This document shows positions 29,818 through 40,800 of a stretch of 64,000 bases of DNA, piece by piece. The position numbers and the translations under genes are program-made. The stretch is from positions 3,120-67,119 of IMG/VR virus record IMGVR_UViG_3300025000_000090; one strand, written 5' to 3'. The notes under the pieces are model-generated. The model made no database searches and was not told the DNA's origin. It saw only the letters and a program-made list of their open reading frames with translations. Each line of letters opens with the position of its first letter. Positions within the stretch are counted from its first letter, which is position 1. Source of the DNA: a virus.

Positions 29818-31847
29818 TGTATAGAGATAGAAGAGATAACTACAATCCATATATGCAGCCATATTTATCTGTAGATTATGCAGGTAATTCTGTATATCAA
29901 CCAGTATATGATCCTAATGAAACTGCCAGAATGGCTGATTTGCTTAATAAGAGTCAACAGAGATATGATGTTGGTATTGGTGAATTCAATGAATTTCAAG
30001 GACAAATTGGTGGAATGCAGACTTATGATACCAATGGATTACAGAATAGAACTAATGAATTTACTGCTAAAGTACAAGATGTAGTTAAGAATCAATACAA
30101 TGGGGATTATGGTAATGCTGCTAATGAGATAGCTAAGATGATTGCCCAAGAGAAGTCTAATCCATTCTATAAATTTAATGCAGAACAATTAAAGCAAGCT
30201 CAGGCATTTGAACAAGCTAAAATACAAAGACGTAATTCTGGAGAAAGATTTGTTGGGTTGAATGATCCAAGAAAAATCAATCTTCAAGAGGCAATGCAAA
30301 ACAACGATTTTACTAAATTACAAGCTGATTATTTAATTGCACCAGATTATGATCAGGTTGCAACTGAATTAATTAAAGATGTTCCATATAATGCTAGTGA
30401 ATTCTATAGAGGATTATCTAAAGCGGAACAGGCTACATTTGGTGAGGCTATGCAAACTGGAGATTTAAGTGGATTTTTAGTTAAATCTGGATATGCCAGT
30501 AATACTGAAAAATTAAAACAATTAGAAAGTGGTTTGTCTAAATCATTGTATAATAAACATAAAGATGCATTTAATGCTGAAGCTGAGGCTGCTGGATTTA
30601 AGTCTGGTGAAGAATATGCAAAGTCAGTAGTTAAAAATAAGATTCCACAATTATCATTTACCAAATCAACAGTAGATGTTGATAATATGAATTCAAAAGA
30701 CGGAGGAAAATCTGGCAATTCAAATGGTGTATTTAGGGCCATAACAGATACTTCAGTGATAGATGAATCTACTCAAGATAATATCAATGGAATTACTTCT
30801 GCAATTTCTGAAAAAAGACTTAGTTTAAATGATCCAAAATATAAACAAACTGGATTATCTTCATATTTAGGGGTAGCTGGGACGGTTGCTGGATATGATG
30901 CAGAAAAAAATAAGGAATATGCTAAAAATTTATTAGTAACAAGTGGAGTTTTGCCAATTGGCGGAATGAAAGAAGCTACATTAACTGCTGCTGGATTAAC
31001 TGGATTATATGCTGGTGCTAAAAATCTTGAATCAAAATTAATGGTTGGACTTGCTAAAAATATTACTGGGCAGGGAATTGTTGAGGATGCTAAAAATATG
31101 GTGAATGATTTTGTTCAGTTAAATGGTACAATTGATGGAATCCCAACTACTAAAGATGGAAATATAGATTATGATGCATATTATCCAATAGTATCAAGAG
31201 CTTTGTTAAATGGAACAGCTATGCAAAACAAGTTATTTGTTCTTGGTGGAGAGGATAAGGATGGTGTATATAATGAAAAAGAATTAAATAGAACTTCAGG
31301 TTCAGCAATGCCGTCAAATGTATATATAAAAGATGAAGATGGTAATGAAAAATCAGTAAATAAAGATGAAGTAACAAAAGAACTTGGAATTTCAGAAGAT
31401 GTTATGTATGATGACTTTAAGAGTTCTATATACATAACTAAAACTGGTAAAATACAGGCAAGATATGTGTCTAAAAAAGATGATAAAACCTATTCATTTG
31501 AATATGTGGATGAAGGTATATCAAAAGCATTAAAGCCAATTCATAAGATATATAAAGATGTTTCCAGTAAGGGGTATTCAGTTGTTCCATTTAGTGATCC
31601 AAAAGATGGACAGTTGTATTTAGTTTCTGCAAATTCAATTACTGTAGATGAAAATGGAAATCCATTAGTAAATACTTATGTATATCATACTAAAGATAAA
31701 AATGTGTTAGACAACATAAAAAGCCCACAAGATGCTAGAAATTATATAGAATCAAAAGTTGTAACAAATAGTGATGGTTCCAAAAGTCCATTATATGATT
31801 CTCTTGAAAATTATTCAGGAATGATTTTTTCAAATATAAATAAATAG
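29817..31847 (+). CDS. Cargo (ejection) protein
   Basis: 'YQPVY', 'KSQQRYD', 'YNGDY' N-terminus and a central hydrophobic segment. Upstream of the vRNAP. Confidence 0.65.
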   Translation: MYRDRRDNYNPYMQPYLSVDYAGNSVYQPVYDPNETARMADLLNKSQQRYDVGIGEFNEFQGQIGGMQTYDTNGLQNRTNEFTAKVQDVVKNQYNGDYGNAANEIAKMIAQEKSNPFYKFNAEQLKQAQAFEQAKIQRRNSGERFVGLNDPRKINLQEAMQNNDFTKLQADYLIAPDYDQVATELIKDVPYNASEFYRGLSKAEQATFGEAMQTGDLSGFLVKSGYASNTEKLKQLESGLSKSLYNKHKDAFNAEAEAAGFKSGEEYAKSVVKNKIPQLSFTKSTVDVDNMNSKDGGKSGNSNGVFRAITDTSVIDESTQDNINGITSAISEKRLSLNDPKYKQTGLSSYLGVAGTVAGYDAEKNKEYAKNLLVTSGVLPIGGMKEATLTAAGLTGLYAGAKNLESKLMVGLAKNITGQGIVEDAKNMVNDFVQLNGTIDGIPTTKDGNIDYDAYYPIVSRALLNGTAMQNKLFVLGGEDKDGVYNEKELNRTSGSAMPSNVYIKDEDGNEKSVNKDEVTKELGISEDVMYDDFKSSIYITKTGKIQARYVSKKDDKTYSFEYVDEGISKALKPIHKIYKDVSSKGYSVVPFSDPKDGQLYLVSANSITVDENGNPLVNTYVYHTKDKNVLDNIKSPQDARNYIESKVVTNSDGSKSPLYDSLENYSGMIFSNINK

Positions 31848-31848
31848 T

Positions 31849-34800
31849 ATGAGTATTTTTGATAAACAAGATATAGATCCACAAACTGGATTAAATATAG
31901 AGCAAAAGGATAATTCAATATTTTCAAGAAGCAGACGTACACAACCAGACTTAACCCCAACGCAGGCTGGGGCTTATGGTGTTGGTCAATACTTTAGAGA
32001 TGAAAATTTGAATCTACAAGATGTAGTTGATGCTCCAGAAGAGTTAAACTACAATAGGGCCAATATGCAAACTGGTTGGGAATTACTTGGTAAATCATTA
32101 GCCCAAGGTGGTATTGAAGCTACTTTAGGTGCTGCTGAGGGCATTGCTTATGCTTTAGACTTTGAAGAAATATTTAACCATGATAAGCAAGCTAGTGAAG
32201 GTTTTGATAATTGGGCAGCTAAAGGTATCCGTGGATTTAAAGAAAATCTACAAGATGATTACTTTAAGATATATCAGACTAGAGATGCTGAATCTGGTAG
32301 TTTATTAGATAAAATGGGTGATGGAACTTGGTGGGCTTCTCAAGGTAAGACTATGGGGACTACATTAAGTTTAATGTTTCCAGCTATGGGAGTTGCTGGT
32401 ATTGCTGGTAAAATAGGTAAAGGTATAAATTTAGCAAGTAAAATAGGCAAGGCTACTGCTATTGGAGAAGCCGCTGCACAAGCTGGATTGCAAGGTACTG
32501 CTGCTGCTTTATTCAGTAGAAAGGCTGAATCTGCAATGGAAGCTAATCAGAAGTTTCAAGAAGACTATCAGATGCATCTGCAAGATCCTAAAACTCAAAT
32601 GGAGGCATTGCAACCATTTAAGCAAGAATTTGACCAAATTACATCTGAATATGATCAATTAAGTAAAACACTATACAATCCAAGTCAAGAAAACTATCAG
32701 TTACTTGAGGGACAAAGACAACAGAAATTATCAGAACTCCAAGGTAGGATGTCTCAGATTAAACAGACTGCTATTGGTAATGTTGATGAATTAGCTAAGA
32801 AGAAAGCTGGTGAAGCCGCATCTAAAGTATTTAAGGCCAATGCTGCTATGCTTCCTATTGACATACTTCAATATTCTTTGTTACTAAAACCATTATCTGG
32901 ACTTAAAAAGACTGCTGATACATTTGGTAAAAGTGTATTAGGCAAGACTGCATCTATATTAGCCATACAACCTGCATCTGAGGCTGTTGAAGAAGGATAT
33001 CAATTTGTTGCTAGTGAAGAGGCAACTGAATCAGTTAGGACTGGTGAGAAGATGTTTGGCGAAGGATTTGGCAATAGGATGTCTGAATATGTTAAAGATC
33101 CTGCGTTCCATGAATCTGTATTCTTAGGTGGTGCAATGGGATTGTTGTTTGAAGGAGCTGGGCCTGTTGCAAGAACTGCTGCTGAAAGAACAGCTAAATA
33201 TGCTAATGCATTAAACAGTACAAGAGTTGCTAAAGACCCTAATAAAACAGCAAAAGTAGCAAGTGAAAATAGAAAGGATTTTATTACAAAATCATTAATC
33301 AATGATAATGTTGATAGGAACAGAGAAGACTTCAAAAAAGTAGTTGAAACTGCTAAAAACAATAAGGATTTAACCAATGAACAAAGGGATGAAATTGTAA
33401 AAAATGCAGAAACTATTATTGGAGATCTTGATGATGTACAAAAATGGGAATCTGAATTAATATCTAATGAGAAATTCTCTGAGAATAATCAGTTAAGAAA
33501 TCAGTATGTTTTAGCTAAACTTGCTGATAAACATGTTAAAGAGAATATATCTAAATATAAACAAGCATATAACCAAGAATTAGGTAAGGTAGAACTTCCT
33601 GATTTAACTCCAGTTGGAGAAAATACTAAAGAGCACTTAAATGCTCTTAGAAATGAACTTATTGATGCTCAGATATATAAAAATAGTTTAGAGCATACTA
33701 TTAATGTAACTAATAATAGTGATAATAAAGAATTAAATGAAAAACAAAGAGCTAGTTTAACTTCTTATTTAAACAAACAATTAGAGGCTGCTAAAGTTGT
33801 AGTTGAAAATAAGACTAAGGAATTAGAGTCTAAATCTGGAGACTTTAGTCAATCAAAACTTGCTCCAGCTAATTTAGAGCAATTACAAGAAGCTAAAAAT
33901 TATTTAACTGAAAATCAAGTTAAGAATCAATTTATAGTTGCTCCAACATTATCTCAATTTCAGAAGCTAACTAAAGAAGAAGCAACTGCTAAAGAGAAAT
34001 CATTAATAAATACAATAGCTCAAGAAGGTAATAAAACCATTGAATCTGAGATTAAAACCAAACTCAATAGGGATTTGCCATTAGAATACTATGAGCAATT
34101 AGAATCTGAATTAAAAGATACTAAAATTAGCGAATCAACAAAGAAAACTCTTCAAAATAAGATTAAGCAATTAAGGATTAAGAAAGAAGCCGAGATTATT
34201 AAATCCTCTAAAAATAATGAGATTCCATTACCAGAAGAGCCTGTCAATAAAATGGATTTATCAAATGTACCAGAAGAGCAAAATACTGAATTTGATTTTG
34301 AGGGTAATGATGTTGAAGAAGCTGGTAATAATTCTGCAATATCTAAAAATCCAGAAGTTGTAGCTTTTGCTGAAGATATTTCTAATGGGGTTGTAAGAAA
34401 TACTCCAGGAGATCAACAATTTTATAAAAATAACTCTAATGATGTTGAAGGTGAATTACAAAGATTACAATTTGTTAAAAATTCAATCCCAAAAGAACTA
34501 ACTCCAGAAACAAATGCCGAAGATATTGTTGTAGAAACAGAAGAAAATAAAGAAGAATCTACTGATATAATTACACAAGAACTTCCAGAGGAACAAACTA
34601 TTGAGGAAGAAGAATTAGAATCTGAAGAAAGTAACTCTGATTATTCATTTGGTATTGCAAGGGTTAAGCAATACGATGTTAATAGTGATGGCAAGAAGAC
34701 TGATTCATATGATAAAGATGGTAATCTTATAATTACTGATAGAAATTTATTAGAATCATCTATTCCTGGCAAATTTGCTAAAGGAAATAAGGTTATTCTA

Positions 34801-37800
34801 GCTGTTGATATGGCTTTTATTGAAGGTAATAATAATAAGGATTACCTACCAATAGCAATACAAACTATTGAAGATCATGCTGCTGGTAAGAAACCTATTC
34901 TATGGTTAAGGGCCAAGAATCCTTCTAAATCAGATATTGCCATAAGGAAATATATGTTTAGTCAAGTGAATAAAACTAAAAAACCTAACTTTAGTTTTAC
35001 TGCTGAAACTACAATAGATCAGCATTTACCGGCTTGGATCAACAAAACTCGGCAAGAAAGACCCATTGCAGAACAACTAATAGATGGGAAGACTAATAAT
35101 GCACATATAGCTATTGGTAATCATGCTATGACTGTTAAAACAGTTGATAACAATGGTAATCATATTATAGCTGAAGATGTAAGGAAATTCCAACCAGGAA
35201 CTTCTTATATAATGATTAAGAATTCTGATAGCAAATGGTATGCACATAAAATATATCAGAAGCCAATATCTAATGAAAGATTTGACAGAATTAGGGCAGA
35301 ATGGATTCTTAATGCTCATCAAATGATTATTGAATTTGCTAAAGGAAATAAGATATTTGAAGATATTGAAGATTTAAGACATGAGGTTAGCAAATACTTA
35401 AACTTAAATCCTGCTGTGTTTAAGGATAAAAAAGCATCCATAAAATTAGCAACTAAAGAAGGTAAGTTTAATAACTTCTTTGGAATTGGACAAGAAGCTA
35501 ATGGTGATATAGAATTACAGTTACCAGGACACATGGATGGGGGTAAATCCTATCCATACTTAAAATTTACTATTAAGAATGTTAATGGTAAACTTTCTAT
35601 TGAGAAATATATTGGTAAAGATGACGATGTTGCTAGTTATGCTAAAATATCACAAACTGAGCTTTTAAAAGAATTTGAGCTTAGACTTACTAATATGTAT
35701 CCTAATATTAAAGAGATTACAGATCCTGAATTAAGAAATAACTTTACAAGATTACAAGTAACCAAAGAAGGATTAAAGAGGACTGAACCTCAGCATTACT
35801 ATCAATTTTTATCTGATAATAAGATTGCAGAAACAAGGATTAATGGACTTAAAACTCCAAGTGGAGAAGTTGTATTTACCACAACGCCAAGAATTGCTAT
35901 TAATAGCAACATTAATTCATTTACAGAAGTAAAGAAAGATTTGGTTGAGGAAGTTAAAAAACCTGAAGTTTCAAATAAAGACCTTCCAATTGAACCACAA
36001 AATTCATTCTTTAATAATATGGATAATGATTTTGAGGAACCAGTAGTGCCAGTGTCTGATGATTTAGTATCTCAAATAGACTTCAATAAAGCCTCTTTAA
36101 AGTCATTTAAAGCTAACAATGATATTGTTAATACGCTACATACAAATGTATTGAAAATACTTGATGCACAAAAGGCTAGAACTGGATATAATAACTTATA
36201 TAAAGCGGTTGCTCAAGTAAAGGCAGATCTTGAATTTGCTAGAGATAATTATAACAAATTTATTGATGCTAATTTGACTCCAGAGGAAGCTGCTAAGAAT
36301 GGTGTAACTACTCTTGGTTCTAGGAATCAGGCAATAGCTGAAACTATGACTAATATCTTAGACAACTTTGAAGAAAAAAGAAATTCTGATGGTAACATTG
36401 ACTTTATTGGTTATTCTGAATTCATTAATCTTAAAATTGATGAATCTTCGTATGAAATACTATCAGCAACTGATGATGAATATGAGGAAAATTCTGATGA
36501 GGGTGAGAAGAATTCAGATACAGAAGCTTATGCTGTAAATAGAGCATTTAAGGAAGATCCTGAGAAATCAATGGATGCTAAAGTTAGAAGGTTATTTTAT
36601 GATATTCCATTAAGAAATAATAAAAGACAGAAGGTTCCTAATCAAATATGGCAACCTATTTATATTGATTCAGGAGTTGTATTCAATTATCTGATTGATC
36701 AGCTTGTAGGTACTAATCCTGATGAAATAATGGATGAAATGCGTCAATTAGCCGAATACAATGATATAGCTAAGGATGTACTTGACAAACTTGACAAATT
36801 AGCTCAAACAAATCCAGATGTGGTTAAGAGTTTTATAGTTACCATGACTAAGCAACAAGCTAATTTCATGACCTTAAAATACATCTTCAGTAAAGATGCT
36901 GAATACTTGCCTACTGTTAAAATTATACATACTAATAGAAGTGGTATATCTGATGTGTTGGCTTCAACTTGGGAAGAAGTACTTAATTATGATCTGAACT
37001 CATCTAATGATTTTGAGACAATAAATGGCAATGTTAAAATAAGTGTCAAAAAGAGGGAAGAATTAGTTAAGAAATATAATGCTATTGGCAAGGATGATTT
37101 GAAGGGTGATTTCATAGCATCAATGGCTTCTATTGGAGTTAAGTTTTCAGAGAGGGCTTATGATCAATTACAGAAGGACTTTGAGAAAAAGAGGAAACCA
37201 TTCATTAGGAGATTTGGGGGAACAGCTCAGGGATCATCTTTTAAGAAATTCCTTGATAATGCATTTGGGCCTATATTCAATGATGCTATTGCAAAAGGTG
37301 ATAGTCCATATAGGGATCAATCTGCTGCTATTAAAAACTTAGCATTTTATCAATCTAAGTTTGAAACTGATGCTACATCTAGGATGCATAGAAACTCTAA
37401 TGGAGATTCTGTTTATAGCTACGTTACTCCTAGCCACATGAGTAGAATATTAAATGATTTGAAGAATAATCCAGCTAAAGTTGAAGAACTTATGATGGAT
37501 AAGTTTTCTGGTAAATCTACAATATTGAAGGATATTCAAAAGTATAATCAATTGAAAGCATTGCCTATATTAGATGGCAATCAGCAAGTAGAACTTGAAA
37601 GATTGAGTGAAGAAATAAAGAGTTTAGGTGTTGTTTACTTTGATGCATCTAAAAATGATGTAAGTGGAGCGTTTCCGAGAAATTATGAAAAACAGAGTAT
37701 TGTAGAGAGGGAATTAACTAAGATATCTCTATATATAAATAATGGTAGTAATATATCTCAGATATTTACACCAACTCCTTCTGATAAAACAATGTTTACT

Positions 37801-40800
37801 TTGTTTCAGAGCTTGAGGATTAATACAAGATCAATAGTATTAGCTGATGGTCAATTGAAGATAACTGGTAAGGAAAAATATAAGAGTGAGGCTAATCCAA
37901 TTATAAACAAATTGAAAGACTTATTAGTTCAATCTGAGATAGATAGGATTAACCATGTTTCGATGTTGTTTAGTCAAGCTGTTAAAAATAAAGATTTTAG
38001 TAACCTAATTGAAGGATATCATTACATCAAAGTTGGTAAGGATTATAAACCAGGTGCTGGTACTTATTTCTTCTTTATACCAGAGCTAAACAAAGTTGTT
38101 AATGAACAAAACATAAGGAATCAGGAAACTGGTGAATTATCTGTTGATTTTGCTGATTCTAAGGTAGTTAAACAAGTAATGTTATCTGGTATTCAAAGTT
38201 TAGTTAAAGAAAAATTAGCTATATGGGAAAGAATTGGTATTACTAAAGATGGAATATTTAAAAGTGTTGATAAATCAGTACTTGAGAAATATGGTAAGGA
38301 TCCTTCTAATTTAGCCATATCTTATGTTATTAATAGCATGTCTGTATTAGCTAATGAATATATGCTTATTACCAATGATCCTGCTAGATTTGGTAAAACT
38401 GATGATTATAGTGGTAACTATGAAGACTATGAGCAACTATTAGAATCTACATCTGCTAATATGTTTAAGCGTATTGCTAAAGATATAGCTCCAGGAACAC
38501 AAGCTGAATGGGAAGTTAATCATTATAGGGTTATGATGATTGCTGAACCTAAATTTGCCAGTGAATTGGCTTCATACAATGAAACTTTTAAAAAGGCTTA
38601 TGGAGACATTAAACTTGCAGATGCACAAGAGTGGACTACATTAGAGGAACATATAAATGTACTTAAAGCTTATGGTGAAATTACTAATGAAGAATATGAT
38701 GATATATTAAAGAATAAGGAGAATCTTTCTGATACTCAAATTGAGATTATATTGCAACCAATGAAGCCAGTACAGGTTTTTAATGTATTTGAGGCTGATT
38801 TGAAAGAAAACATACCTTATTATATTAAATCATCTTCATTCCCATTAATTCCTCAAATAGCTAAACAGTTTCCACAATTGAATAGAATGATGCAAATAAT
38901 GTATAAGAATGATATTCAAAGGGTAGCTCCAAAATCAGCTACTAAAACTGGTTATAGGAATGCCGTAGATTTAACTTCAACTAAGGACTTTGAGAAGGAT
39001 GGTATTACTTTAAAGAAGAATAAGAGAACTGGATTGGATAAAGCTATTACTTTAAGTAGAGATGGATTTAGGATTCAACAGAAATTCCCTTATGATTTAG
39101 AGAAGGAAACTGATTTAGAAGGTAGCCAATTAAGGAGATTACTTACTGCTAATATGATTGATACTGATGGTAATGCATTAGTGTTTGATTTGAATGGTAA
39201 ACAAAAATCTGGATTAGAGTTAAAGGAACTTAATGATGAAATTCATACTGAATTATATAATAGAAGGTTTAATGATTTATTAGAAAAACTTAGTGCCAAT
39301 GAAACTGTTAATGGTATTACCCTTAATGATGTAAATGAATTAAGGAAATTAATGGTTGAGGAAGCTGTTAATAAGGAATATGGCTACAATGAAATATTAG
39401 CATTAAGGACTGTAGAGTTTAATGGTAAAAATACATTTGAAACGCCATTATTTTTTCACCCAATGATTCATAAGATTGAGTCTATATTGACCTCTATAAT
39501 GAAAAATAGGGTGTTAAAGTTAAAACTCCCAGGGAAATCATCTGTACAAGGATCTCCTTATGGTTTTGTAACCACATTAGAAGAGTTTAACAAGACTATT
39601 GGAAAAAACAATGTTATCATATATTCTAAGGATTATGATGCTACTAAAGGTCTTAGTTACAAGAAAAATGCAGATGGAAGTATAGAAGCTGAGATATTCT
39701 TACCAATACCATTTAAAAAAAATGGTAAGCCTGTAAATACTTCTGAATATACCAAAGATGGATATATTGACTTAACCAAACTCAGCCCACAAATGCTTGA
39801 GATGATTGGATATAGAATTCCAACTCAAAAGGCTAGTAGCATGATGAGGTTGAAAGTTGCTGGATTCTTACCACAAACTGTAGGTGACTTAATCATAACT
39901 CCTCCAGAATTATATGCTCAAATGGGTACTGATAATGACGGTGATAAACTGAAACTACATTGGTACAACTATAATATTGCATCTACTGGTAAGATTCAAA
40001 AAATAGCTATTGGAAGTGTTGTTAAAGACATGAGTAATGAGCAATTACAGAATCTTTCAATAGACATTATGCATTCTGTGATGAGACATCCAGAGATTGT
40101 TAATAGAACAATAAATCCTCTTGAAAATAAAGATATTCAGAATGTTGTAGATGCTCTTGATAAAGCTAAAGGTAAAAAAACATCAACTAATAAAATGGGA
40201 TTATCGGTAATAAATGATAATATGCAGAGTGATATGGTAGCTATTCAAGCTGCTGGTAAAGCTGGTATTGCAATAGAATCTGTAGCTGTAACAATGCATG
40301 CATTAGGACAATATGCAGGACTTTATATTACTGCAAATCCTAATAGATCCACATCTGTTAAATTTAGCAATACTGATGAAACTGCTGGTGAATTTACTGA
40401 TAAAGCCGAAGGCAATACTGTTGATGATTCACTTAATTATGAACATCCACAATCAGAAGGAGCCTGGAGATTAGATAAGATATTTGGATTTGATGGTAAG
40501 ATGATTTCAGATGTATTGGTAAACATACAGAATGAATCAGTGGATAATGCTAACAATAGGTTATTGTTTCCAATGAATTTAAATGAGGTTACGTTTGATG
40601 TAGCTAACCTTATCGCTAGGGCTGGATTCAATGAAAGGTTCATTGGATTCTTCTTAAATCAACCTATTATATTGGAATATGTTGAAGAATTAAATAAACT
40701 TAATAGATTTGATGAGAAGAATTTTACTCCAAATAAAGTTAAACAACTTCAACTTAGGATGCTTAATTCTGTTGGTGCAAAAATTGAGTTTGATGATTTA

